Of a DNA stretch of 64,000 nt, positions 14,912 through 24,104 are shown in pieces; positions within the stretch are counted from its first letter, which is position 1; every line of letters starts with the position of its first letter. This DNA is from Candidatus Puniceispirillales bacterium (GTDB lineage Bacteria > Pseudomonadota > Alphaproteobacteria > Puniceispirillales > UBA1172): contig CBFHXL010000003.1 in NCBI GenBank assembly GCA_965659785.1, forward strand, positions 27,203 through 91,202. The letters run 5' to 3'. Below the pieces are notes generated by a model. It did not search any database and was not told the origin of the DNA. It saw nothing but the letters and a program-made list of their open reading frames with translations. The translations under genes and the position numbers were made by a program.

Positions 14912-15241
14912 TTATTGATCTGCTGGAACCGTTGGAATTGCTGGACTTTGAGTTGAAGATTCGGTTTCAATAGTGATTTCATCAATAAGCGATGGCGTCA
15001 CCGCCGTCCGTCCACTGAGAATCGCAAGAACAATAGAGGTCGTGAAAAACGCCACAGCCAGAAACGCTGTCACTCTGGTGAGCAGGTTGGCTGTACCGCG
15101 TGCGGTCATGAAACCACCACCCTGACCGCCGCCACCACCGCCGCCAATGCCAAGACCGCCACCTTCGCTTCGCTGAAGCAAGATGACAAATACCAGCGCA
15201 AGCGCAATCATAATATGGATGGTTAGTATCAGTAAGCTCAT
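14912..15241 (-). CDS. secG: Preprotein translocase subunit SecG
   Basis: 109 aa with two TM segments flanking a Gly-rich loop (GGGLGIGGGGGGGQGGGF). It lies next to tpiA, as in many bacteria. Confidence 0.85.
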   Translation of the reverse strand: MSLLILTIHIMIALALVFVILLQRSEGGGLGIGGGGGGGQGGGFMTARGTANLLTRVTAFLAVAFFTTSIVLAILSGRTAVTPSLIDEITIETESSTQSPAIPTVPADQ

Positions 15242-15304
15242 TGTCTCAATCTTTCGGTTACTCGCCTTCTATAATGGATGCCTTAAGGAAGTTCCAGATA
15301 AAAA

Positions 15305-16048
15305 TCAGATTTCTGCCGCAAGGGTAATAGCATTAATGCTTTCAGCGTCTAAACTGGCCCCGCCAACCAGCACGCCATCAACCTGATCCAAGGCTAGCAA
15401 ATCATGGGCATTGTCAGGATTAACCGACCCCCCATATAGCACTGGAACATTGGCAAGGCCAACCTGTTTTGTATGTTTATGGATAGCCTGATGCATCGCC
15501 GCAACATCCATGGCGGTTGCTGTCTTTCCTGTTCCTATCGCCCAAACAGGTTCATAAGCAATGGCAAGTTTAGTGGCATCTACCTGTTGCGGCAATGATG
15601 CCGCTAGCATAGCAGTCACCGTCGCCTCGGCCTTACCGCTTTCGCGGTCAGCCAGATTTTCCCCAACACAAAGCATGACCGATAAACCCTCGGCTTGTGC
15701 CGCTTTTGTTTTAGCGGCAACCATGGCAGGGGTTTCATGATGATTCTGTCGGCGTTCCGAATGACCAACTAACACCCATTGGCATCCTGCCTCAACCAGC
15801 ATAGCGGCAGAAACATCCCCTGTATGAGCACCGTTTGCTGCGCTATGGCAATCCTGCCCCCCTAGGGCAAGATGATCAGTGAGACCAATATGATCCCTTG
15901 TCGTCCTTGCCAGATCAAGTAAAGGAAAGGCAGGAAAGACAATCCGCGTAACCTCGTCACTAGCCGGGCAAGCTGCCATAGCCGACAGCAAGTGTTCAGC
16001 CTTTGGTCGATCCAGATTCATTTTCCAATTACTGGCAATGATCATCAT
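15305..16048 (-). CDS. tpiA: Triosephosphate isomerase
   Basis: NWKMN, VGHSERR and AYEPVWAIGTG motifs. Confidence 0.95.
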   Translation of the reverse strand: MMIIASNWKMNLDRPKAEHLLSAMAACPASDEVTRIVFPAFPLLDLARTTRDHIGLTDHLALGGQDCHSAANGAHTGDVSAAMLVEAGCQWVLVGHSERRQNHHETPAMVAAKTKAAQAEGLSVMLCVGENLADRESGKAEATVTAMLAASLPQQVDATKLAIAYEPVWAIGTGKTATAMDVAAMHQAIHKHTKQVGLANVPVLYGGSVNPDNAHDLLALDQVDGVLVGGASLDAESINAITLAAEI

Positions 16049-16242
16049 GATAATCCTTATTGTCCACCGTGCGATTTACCAGATGCAAAAAGGGCAAAAC
16101 CGCATCTTGCTATTTGCAATGAGATTGTCATCTTTTATGATATTTTCCTGATGACTAGCAACCTTAAACCGATTCTCTGCCGTGACTTTATGATCATCTC
16201 ATGCTAGGCAGAAAGAAGAAAATGACAATAGGGTAAATTGAT

Positions 16243-18117
16243 ATGCTTCAAGCGCTTCGTAATGGAACCAAATCCAATTTGATGCGGGCTTTTCTGCTTG
16301 TTCTGGTTGTTGGCTTTGGGATGTGGGGAATTGGTGATATTTTCCGCTCAAGCCCGAATGATGAGGATGCTATCACAGTTGATAACATCATGGTCAGCGC
16401 AAACGAAGTGGCGATTACCTTTGATCAAGCCAGACGGTTTTATTATCCCGGCCTCAACAACAATGAGGCTATTGCCATTGGTTTGATGGATCAGATCATG
16501 GCTGAGCTAATTGAACGCTCTTTATTTGAGGCTGAGGCCGCGCGCCTTGGGCTTACGGTCACCCGTGATATGGCAAAACAATCGCTGATCAGCAATCCTT
16601 TGTTTCAGGATGCTGGCGGGAATTTCAACCCCTTGCTTATGCGTGATATTCTGGCGCGTCGTGGCATTAGCGAAGATCAGCTGATCGCTGATATCGGTTA
16701 TGCGGAACGCCGCAATCAGGTGATCGCGGCTATTGCCTCTGGCACGGAATATTCGCCTGTATTAGCTGAAAGCATGGCAAGCTGGCTGGCTCAACAACGG
16801 CAAGTTCATTTTGCTGCTATTCCAATTACCCCTGATCAAGTGGCTGATCCTGATCAAGCGACATTATCAGGCTGGTATGAAGACAATCAGGACATTTTTG
16901 ATGCACCGACCATGAGGTCAGTGACAGCGGCGGTGTTATCCCCTGATCATTACCTCAAAGATGTGGTGGTTAGCTCTGCTGAATTAGAAAACGCCTTTGC
17001 CGATAGAAAAGCCTCTTACTCTGTCCCTGAACGGCGCAATTTTCTTCAGTTAGTGTTACCAGATATGGAAACCGCCGAAGCCGCGCGCCAACGCCTAGTT
17101 GCTGGTGAAGATTTTGCCGCCGTGGCATTAGACCTCTCTGGTGATAAGCCTGAAGATATTACATTTATCGGGGTGACAAAGGATGACTTGCCAGAACAAC
17201 TGGCGACGACCATCTTTTCCGCTTCTGACGGTGATATTACCGCCCCAAGCCAAACCCCGTTTGGGGTCTATGTGTTTGCGATTACCGCTATTAGCGCGGC
17301 AGAAATCCCATCCTTTGAAGATGTCCGCGCTAATCTTGAAGAAGAGCTTAGAATTGAACTGGCTATCAACCAAGTCTATGACAGCATCACCATTTTTGAA
17401 GAGGCGCAAGATAGTGGCGCAACCCTAGAAGAAGCCGCTAAAGCCGCTAAGGCGCAACTCATCACCATTGAGGGGATGAGCCAAAGTGGCCTTAATGAAA
17501 GCACGGCATCAGATCATGATATCGTCACCAGCACAGGGTTTCGGTCTGCGGTATGGCAACAGGATATCGGCACAGAAGGCTTACTGATCGCGGATGAGGA
17601 CAACACCTATTTTGCCTTGCGCGTGGATAACGAAAGCGCCGCTAGATCACGCCGTTTGGATGAGGTCAGAAGCGAAGCCATCGGCGCATGGAAATTAGAA
17701 ACTGCGATTGCAAGCGCAAAAGCTAAAGCCGAAGAGATTATCGCCGCCAATGATTTTGATAAAGCGGTCACATCTGCCGGGGTAAGCCTTGAGCAATCAC
17801 CACCATTCTTGCAATCAGGTATTGGCCTAGATCACGAAGAATCCACTCTGATTGCTTCAGCCAGTTTTTCTATTGATGTTGGGGATAAAACCCTTGTCGA
17901 AACTGGAGGCAATTCCATTATCGTTCTGAAACTGGATGATATTATCGCAGGTGACGAAGACACCGTAGCTTTGCGGAAAGAGCAGTTACTGACAGATTTC
18001 AAAGATCATCTGGTGGCGGATACCGAAGAGGCTATTGCCAACGGGCTTTCCACCCTTCATGAGGTTGAAGCCAACCCGAACGCGGCTGTGCGACTTTTGA
18101 TCGGGTCTGTTAACTGA
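16243..18117 (+). CDS. Membrane-anchored periplasmic chaperone / peptidyl-prolyl isomerase, PpiD/SurA-N family
   Basis: 624 aa with an N-terminal TM anchor (AFLLVLVVGFGMWGIGDIF) and a long soluble region with PpiD-like architecture. It precedes trpE with a TGATG overlap. Confidence 0.7.
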   Translation: MLQALRNGTKSNLMRAFLLVLVVGFGMWGIGDIFRSSPNDEDAITVDNIMVSANEVAITFDQARRFYYPGLNNNEAIAIGLMDQIMAELIERSLFEAEAARLGLTVTRDMAKQSLISNPLFQDAGGNFNPLLMRDILARRGISEDQLIADIGYAERRNQVIAAIASGTEYSPVLAESMASWLAQQRQVHFAAIPITPDQVADPDQATLSGWYEDNQDIFDAPTMRSVTAAVLSPDHYLKDVVVSSAELENAFADRKASYSVPERRNFLQLVLPDMETAEAARQRLVAGEDFAAVALDLSGDKPEDITFIGVTKDDLPEQLATTIFSASDGDITAPSQTPFGVYVFAITAISAAEIPSFEDVRANLEEELRIELAINQVYDSITIFEEAQDSGATLEEAAKAAKAQLITIEGMSQSGLNESTASDHDIVTSTGFRSAVWQQDIGTEGLLIADEDNTYFALRVDNESAARSRRLDEVRSEAIGAWKLETAIASAKAKAEEIIAANDFDKAVTSAGVSLEQSPPFLQSGIGLDHEESTLIASASFSIDVGDKTLVETGGNSIIVLKLDDIIAGDEDTVALRKEQLLTDFKDHLVADTEEAIANGLSTLHEVEANPNAAVRLLIGSVN

Positions 18118-19610
18118 TGCGTATTATGCCAGATTTGGATAGTATTCGTGGTCATCTTGCTTCTGGCAAGGCGACCCTGATGCATACTGAATTGGTGGCT
18201 GACCTCGAAACCCCAGTGTCCATCATGTTGAAATTAGGGATTGATTCGCCCTATCACTGTTTGCTTGAATCCGTTGAAGGCGGCAATGTCAGAGGCCGTT
18301 TTTCGGTTATTGCCCTCGCCCCAGATTTAATTTGGACTGTTTGCGGGGAAAACATCACCACCCATGATGGCAATGGTAAGTTAATCCGCGAAGAAAACGG
18401 TCATGCGTTTGATCATCTGCGTCAACTGATGGCGGCATCAGCGGTGGAAATCCCTGATGATTTGCCGCCCATGTCTGCTGGTTTGTTTGGATATTTCGGT
18501 TATGAAATGATCCGCTATATGGAAAATGTGCCGAATAGCAATCCGGATGAGCTTAATACCCCGACCTCATGCCTGATGCGGCCATCTGTGGTGGTGATTA
18601 TTGACCGCCTTAAAGATAGCCTGCGCATCGTTACCCCAATTCGCCCTGATAGTCATCAAGGGAACCATGACGCGGCGATCACTGATGCTACAGCGCGCCT
18701 AAAGGGTATTGTTGATAAGCTTGGGGCAAGCGTGCCTTCGCGTGCTAAGCCCGACAACCTTCAGCCCTTACCGGAAGTTACCGCCAATATGCCAAAATCC
18801 AGTTATCTGGATATGGTGAAAAAGGCCATTGATTACATCAAGGCCGGCGATATTTTTCAGGTCGTTCTGTCGCAACGGTTTTCTGTGCCCTTTTTCAAAC
18901 ACCCCTTTACTCTTTATCGGTCTCTGCGGCGGCTTAACCCCTCCCCGTTTTTGATTTATTTCAATATGGGCGGCCTTTCGCTAGTAGGATCAAGCCCAGA
19001 AATTCTGGTGCGTCTGCGCGAAGGCAAGGTAACTATCCGCCCCATCGCGGGCACACGCCCTCGCGGCAAAACCCCTGAACAAGATCTGGCCTTAGCAAAT
19101 GATTTGTTAAGTGATGCCAAAGAACGGGCAGAACATTTAATGCTTCTGGACTTGGGCCGTAATGATGTCGGCCGCGTTTCAAAGCCGGGCACGGTTAAGG
19201 TTGTCGACCACTTCAATATTGAACGCTATAGCCATGTCATGCATATCGCCTCTGAGGTGCAAGGCGATGCCAGAGACGAATGTGACGCCATTGATGCCCT
19301 TAAGGCTGGATTTCCTGCTGGTACCCTTACTGGCGCGCCGAAAATACGGGCTATGGAAATTATAGATGAGCTTGAACCCACGCAACGAGGGCCTTACGGC
19401 GGGGCGGCGGGATATATCTCTGGCAATGGTGATATGGATACCTGCATTGTTCTTAGAACCGCGTTAATCAAAGATGATATGTTGCATATTCAGGCTGGGG
19501 CAGGCGTTGTTTATGACAGTGTTGATGAAAATGAGTTTCAAGAATGTGTCAATAAGGCCATGGCTGTTATTCGCGCCGCCGCAGAGGCCGTGGAGATGAC
19601 CGAAGATTAG
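18117..19610 (+). CDS. trpE: Anthranilate synthase component I
   Basis: LLESVEGG, the chorismate-binding C-terminal domain (GTLTGAPKIRAMEII, GGAAGYIS, QAGAGVVYDS). 497 aa. Confidence 0.95.
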   Translation: MRIMPDLDSIRGHLASGKATLMHTELVADLETPVSIMLKLGIDSPYHCLLESVEGGNVRGRFSVIALAPDLIWTVCGENITTHDGNGKLIREENGHAFDHLRQLMAASAVEIPDDLPPMSAGLFGYFGYEMIRYMENVPNSNPDELNTPTSCLMRPSVVVIIDRLKDSLRIVTPIRPDSHQGNHDAAITDATARLKGIVDKLGASVPSRAKPDNLQPLPEVTANMPKSSYLDMVKKAIDYIKAGDIFQVVLSQRFSVPFFKHPFTLYRSLRRLNPSPFLIYFNMGGLSLVGSSPEILVRLREGKVTIRPIAGTRPRGKTPEQDLALANDLLSDAKERAEHLMLLDLGRNDVGRVSKPGTVKVVDHFNIERYSHVMHIASEVQGDARDECDAIDALKAGFPAGTLTGAPKIRAMEIIDELEPTQRGPYGGAAGYISGNGDMDTCIVLRTALIKDDMLHIQAGAGVVYDSVDENEFQECVNKAMAVIRAAAEAVEMTED

Positions 19611-19679
19611 ACCGATTGTTCATAATAGGTTAGGGCAATTTCGGTGCGTTTAGGTGAGTTTAAGGGTAGTAGTCGTAGT

Positions 19680-20567
19680 ATGTGTCGGTTTTTATTTGCA
19701 ATCCTGTTGCTGACCTTGACCAGCCCAATGGTCATGGCGCAAACCGTGACCTCCAATACTTCTGTGATCAGCAAAGGCAAGCTTAGCGAACAAGCCGCTA
19801 TCTGTGCCGCTTATGCCATTGTCATGGAAAAGGTTACGCTGATAACCCCTAAAGACAGCCTGATCTGGGAAAAGCGGCGACAGGATATCACAAACCAATG
19901 GCAGGCATATCTGGAAACCCAAACCGGGCAAAAGGTGTCCCAATCATCCCTTAACGATATTGTTCAAAATTATGGGCGCTGGATGACGGATAAAATCTTT
20001 TTTCCTGATCCCAATTCCCAAGAAACGGTTAGCCCTTCATCTGAACAATCTGTTCAGCAATATATCACGACCTTTTGTCCGGCGATGTTTAGAGAAGCTG
20101 ATACGCGCATCGCCATGCAAAGGCCAGATTTGTATATGAGCAAAACCCTTGAGCCAGAAAGCGAAGATAGCAACGATAACAGCATGGCTTCGGCAAACGG
20201 CCTGAATGTACCGCATCAGTTGAGTGACAGTCTGATTGATGGGCGCGGCGCTGGATCAGAAACCACCGCCCCAACATCACAAACGGCTGAGGCTAATAGC
20301 CAGCCCTCCTCTTCGGATCAACCACAGGTGATCATTCAACTCGCGGCCTATAAACTGCTCATTCATGCGGAAAATGGGTTAGATGTCTTTCGGCTTAAGA
20401 TCGCAGATATGGCCTCCCCTCCTCGCCTTATGATTGAGGCGCCAGAGAATAGTGATGAGGGGTATTTCCGTGTTGTGAGCATCCCTATGGGGCGTGATGA
20501 CGCTAAGGCCGCCTGTGCCCTCTTAGAGAAGCGTCAAATAGGTTGTATTATTCGTTTAATTGAATAA
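19680..20567 (+). CDS. Hypothetical secreted protein with a C-terminal SPOR-like domain
   Basis: Signal peptide MCRFLFAILLLTLTSPMVMAQ, an unassigned ~140-aa domain, a Ser/Asp/Gln-rich linker, then a C-terminal ~75 aa (VIIQLAAYKL...GYFRVVSIPMGRDDAKAACALLEKRQIGCII). That C-terminal pattern matches the SPOR pattern. I chose the ATG at 19680; the track has a GTG at 19644. Confidence 0.5.
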   Translation: MCRFLFAILLLTLTSPMVMAQTVTSNTSVISKGKLSEQAAICAAYAIVMEKVTLITPKDSLIWEKRRQDITNQWQAYLETQTGQKVSQSSLNDIVQNYGRWMTDKIFFPDPNSQETVSPSSEQSVQQYITTFCPAMFREADTRIAMQRPDLYMSKTLEPESEDSNDNSMASANGLNVPHQLSDSLIDGRGAGSETTAPTSQTAEANSQPSSSDQPQVIIQLAAYKLLIHAENGLDVFRLKIADMASPPRLMIEAPENSDEGYFRVVSIPMGRDDAKAACALLEKRQIGCIIRLIE

Positions 20568-20603
20568 AATTAAGCTGATAAGCTCTCTTTTCAGGAATAA
20601 GGC

Positions 20604-21518
20604 ATGATTTCCCCCGAATGGTGGATTGCCGCTACGGTCTTCGCCGCGTTAACGCAAACCTTCCGAAGCGCTATTCAGCGTCAGATGAAACCCCTTCTTG
20701 GTGATGATGGGGCTAGTTATATTCGCTTTCTCTATGCTCTGCCTTTTGCTTGGCTGATGGTTTATGGCTATCATCTCCTATCAGAGGTGGGCTTACCATC
20801 AACAACCCCTCGGTTTTGGATTTGGGTTAATCTGGCTAGCATAACGCAAATCCTGTTCACCGTGTTATTGATCCGCATTTTTTCGCGCCGCAGTTTTGCC
20901 GCAGGAACGGCTTTTTCCAAAACAGAAGTTTTGCAAGCCGCGATATTAGAGGCCATCATTCTAGGGGTTATGGTTTCTCTTCTCACTGGGCTTGCCATTA
21001 TTCTTGGCGTGGTTGCGGTGGTGATGTTGTCATTCGCGAAATCAGCCCTGACTAAACATGATATTTTCCAGTCTCTTTTCTCGCGCACCTCAGCTATTGG
21101 GCTAGCTAGCGGCACGTTTCTTGGTCTTGCTACGGTCTGCTATAAAGCCGCCGCGATATCCCTTGAAGGGGGCGATCTGATTATGCGCGCGGTCTATACT
21201 GGTGCTATTGCTACCCTGATCCAAGTCGTGATGATGGGCGGCTGGATGCTGATATTCACGCGGCCGCAACTGGTGGCCAGTTTTGTTCATTGGCGCGGCT
21301 CTATTTGGGCAGGATTTTTTGGCGCATTAGCCACCGTGGGGTGGTTTACAGCCTTTACCCTGCATAGCGTGGCGGCGGTTCGCGCCGTTGGCCAGATTGA
21401 GTTGCTGATTTCACTTGGCGTATCGTTGCTATGGTTTCGGGAAAAGACAAATTGGACTGAAGCCCTCGCCATTATTATGCTAACGGTTTCGATTATTATG
21501 GTTCTGATGGGATCATAA
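20604..21518 (+). CDS. DMT-superfamily (EamA-like) integral membrane protein
   Basis: 304 aa with ~10 predicted TM segments in two similar halves. I could not verify a specific family. Confidence 0.5.
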   Translation: MISPEWWIAATVFAALTQTFRSAIQRQMKPLLGDDGASYIRFLYALPFAWLMVYGYHLLSEVGLPSTTPRFWIWVNLASITQILFTVLLIRIFSRRSFAAGTAFSKTEVLQAAILEAIILGVMVSLLTGLAIILGVVAVVMLSFAKSALTKHDIFQSLFSRTSAIGLASGTFLGLATVCYKAAAISLEGGDLIMRAVYTGAIATLIQVVMMGGWMLIFTRPQLVASFVHWRGSIWAGFFGALATVGWFTAFTLHSVAAVRAVGQIELLISLGVSLLWFREKTNWTEALAIIMLTVSIIMVLMGS

Positions 21519-21603
21519 TGATGATAACCCTATCCCTCAGCCCCCATCTTCCTACCCTAATACCGTTAGGCCTGATGCCGTCCCCTCTCCTGATGAGGGT
21601 GTT

Positions 21604-22923
21604 ATGACTTCACTTCGGATTGGCTTACTTGTGCTAGCATGGTTTGCCGCCATTTTGCAGATCATCTTTGGTCAATATGTTGCGTTTTTCAGTAATCTTG
21701 GCGCCATTTTGCTGAGCATATTTTTACTGATCATTCTTCCAAAATTGAAATGGGATAGTTATCTGATCTTAATCATGCTGGGGGTCATGGGGTGGTTATT
21801 GCTGGACGGCCTGCCGTCGCCAGAGCTTTTGTTTTCAGGTGGTCGTTTTATCCTGATCTTTGTTGCCTTGATTGCAACCATGACCCTTTCTAAAGCCACC
21901 GCAAGCACCATGCCTTCCGTTCGGTTAACGCAACGCAGGCTGGCCTTACTTACCCCCGAAGCCTCCTCCGCCGGATTACAGATCGCAGGCCATGTGTTTG
22001 GCGGCATTATCAACACAGGCAGCTTCGCTGTGTTATCAGCCGCACTGCCGCGCGATAGTGACGACCATAGGCGCAAATTAGCCGCTGAAGCCGCCTTACG
22101 CGGTATGGTCACTTCTGCCGTCTGGTCACCATTCTTTGTGGCATTTGCGGTTGGAGAAGGTTTTGTTGGAACGACCTATGCTTGGATTGCCATGGCGATA
22201 GGCCTTGCCACCTCAATCTTATTCACCTTGATCTGCTGCTATGTCTTCAGCCCTCAATTTAACGGGAACACAATTCGCGCCTCGCTGGCTTGTCTTGCGC
22301 CAATTTCCATGCGCGTCATCATCGTCTTGGCCACCGTGCTTGGCTTTGCCTTAATCTTTAATTTGACCGCGCTATCCGCCGTGGTCATTTCCATGCCAAT
22401 CTTAGTCTGTGTGCAATTTATACGGCATCCCGGTAATATTCGGCGTATTATTACCTCAACCCATGACGGGTTATCACATATTTCTGATGATCTCATCATT
22501 ATCAGTGGGGCCATGTTTATTGGCTATATCGCTATCAATACGGATGGCTTGGAACAAATGGGGTTGATTGGGGAACATAGCGTCTATCCCGGTTGGGTCG
22601 CGTTAATATCAACCCCTGTGGTTATGATGCTTGCCTCTGTTGTTGGCATTCATCCCGTCATATCAAGCACCGTGATGCTGGCCTTGTTTAGCTATGGCGG
22701 CGCGGCGGTTCATCCTGCCCTATTGATGCATAGCCATTTGATTGGTTGGGGAGCTGGCACCATGAGTTCGGTGGCTTCACTATCTGTTATTACCTGCGCC
22801 AGACTATATCGCGTCAAAAGCACAAGTCTGGCACTAGGTCATAACCTGATTGTGGCGTTTTTGTTTGCGTTGCTTGGTGGCGGTATTCTCAGCCTATTGA
22901 ATATGCTGATTTATACGGCTTAA
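21604..22923 (+). CDS. Hypothetical polytopic inner-membrane protein (possible transporter)
   Basis: 439 aa, hydrophobic throughout (~11-12 TM). I recognise no motif. Confidence 0.5.
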   Translation: MTSLRIGLLVLAWFAAILQIIFGQYVAFFSNLGAILLSIFLLIILPKLKWDSYLILIMLGVMGWLLLDGLPSPELLFSGGRFILIFVALIATMTLSKATASTMPSVRLTQRRLALLTPEASSAGLQIAGHVFGGIINTGSFAVLSAALPRDSDDHRRKLAAEAALRGMVTSAVWSPFFVAFAVGEGFVGTTYAWIAMAIGLATSILFTLICCYVFSPQFNGNTIRASLACLAPISMRVIIVLATVLGFALIFNLTALSAVVISMPILVCVQFIRHPGNIRRIITSTHDGLSHISDDLIIISGAMFIGYIAINTDGLEQMGLIGEHSVYPGWVALISTPVVMMLASVVGIHPVISSTVMLALFSYGGAAVHPALLMHSHLIGWGAGTMSSVASLSVITCARLYRVKSTSLALGHNLIVAFLFALLGGGILSLLNMLIYTA

Positions 22924-24104
22924 CCGCCAAGGAACAAGCGCCCAACATCTGGATTTTTAAGCAATTTGCCGCCATCATCGGCAAGCGCGGTTTCGCCTGA
23001 CACCAGAACATATCCGATATCAGCAAAATCGAGACCTTTTTTGGCATTCTGTTCAACCATAATGATGGTTTTGCCGTCAGTTTTCTGAAGATCATAAAGA
23101 ATCTCAAACACCATATCGATAAACCTAGGCTCAAGCCCAATAGACGGCTCGTCAACCAACAACACCTCAGGGTTCATAACAAGCGCGCGTGAAATCTCAA
23201 GCAAGCGGCGTTCACCCCCTGATAACACGCCTGCAGGCTTATTTCGGCGTTCTGCTAAACGGCTATATTTGTCAAAGACAAGCTCTGCCGCCGCTTTTGC
23301 TTCGGCTGGACGACCTTTGAGGAACCCGCCCATCAGCAGATTTTCTTCGACCGTCATTTGCGGAAACACGGATTTATCTTGAAGAATATAAGCAATGCCC
23401 GCCGTGGACAGTTTTTCAGATGGTTTCAATGACGTCACATCACGGCCGTTGATGGTAATCTTACCCGAAAAAATATTTGTGAAACCAAAGATCGAATGAA
23501 GCACGGTAGACTTCCCTGCCCCGTTCGGGCCAATCAAACATAAGGATTGCCCTTTTCCAACGCGCATAGAGAAATCGTGCAAAATCTCCATCTTGCCATA
23601 TCCGGCGCGGAGGTCTTCAATCTGAAAGAAGTCATCATTCTTCGCCAGTTTGTTAAGGTCTGATTTAGACGGTCCTTTGGAAACGATATTCGCCGCTTCT
23701 TTAGCCACTTGATCAACCGACATAACGACATTAACACTGCCAGCGCCATAGCCTGATATTTTCTTTGAGGTTGCCTTGGACGCTGCCTTGGATGATGACG
23801 TTGCGGTCTTTTTTACCGTTGTCTTCTTCAATGGCGCTTTTTTAGCCACAACTTTTTTCACTGGAGCCTTAGCAGGGGCTTTTTTCACTGGGGCCTTTTT
23901 GACCGCCGCGCTCTTTGCTGTAGCCTTTTTTACCGCTGTCTTCTTCACTGGCGCTTTTTTAGCCACAACTTTTTTCACTGAAGCCTTCTTCACTGCGGGT
24001 TTCGCCGTGCTTTTAGGCTTGGCCGCTTTTGCAACACCCGTTTTTGCTGTGGTAGCAACCGCCTTTTTGGCTGGCGCCTTTTTTTCTGTGCTTTTGGTAG
24101 CCAT
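22920..24104 (-). CDS. livF: Branched-chain amino-acid ABC transporter ATP-binding protein (LivF/BraG type) with a Lys/Ala-rich N-terminal extension
   Basis: The C-terminal ~235 aa form a canonical ABC domain, with Walker A GPNGAGKST, signature LSGGERRLLEI and Walker B LLLVDEPSIGL. The N-terminal ~155 aa are KKAPVKK-type repeats. The ATG overlaps the livG stop (TAATG). Confidence 0.85.
   Translation of the reverse strand: MATKSTEKKAPAKKAVATTAKTGVAKAAKPKSTAKPAVKKASVKKVVAKKAPVKKTAVKKATAKSAAVKKAPVKKAPAKAPVKKVVAKKAPLKKTTVKKTATSSSKAASKATSKKISGYGAGSVNVVMSVDQVAKEAANIVSKGPSKSDLNKLAKNDDFFQIEDLRAGYGKMEILHDFSMRVGKGQSLCLIGPNGAGKSTVLHSIFGFTNIFSGKITINGRDVTSLKPSEKLSTAGIAYILQDKSVFPQMTVEENLLMGGFLKGRPAEAKAAAELVFDKYSRLAERRNKPAGVLSGGERRLLEISRALVMNPEVLLVDEPSIGLEPRFIDMVFEILYDLQKTDGKTIIMVEQNAKKGLDFADIGYVLVSGETALADDGGKLLKNPDVGRLFLGG
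23808..23870 (-). repeat. In-frame direct repeat within the livF extension, copy 1
   Basis: 63 nt matching 23925-23987 with 3 mismatches. The offset is 117 bp (39 codons). Confidence 0.85.
23925..23987 (-). repeat. In-frame direct repeat within the livF extension, copy 2
   Basis: See copy 1. Confidence 0.85.

Noticed and set aside
14912-15241. Gly-run (GGGLGIGGGGGGGQGGGF) and its GC-rich repetitive DNA in secG
   Set aside because: A Gly-rich central loop is a normal feature of SecG proteins.
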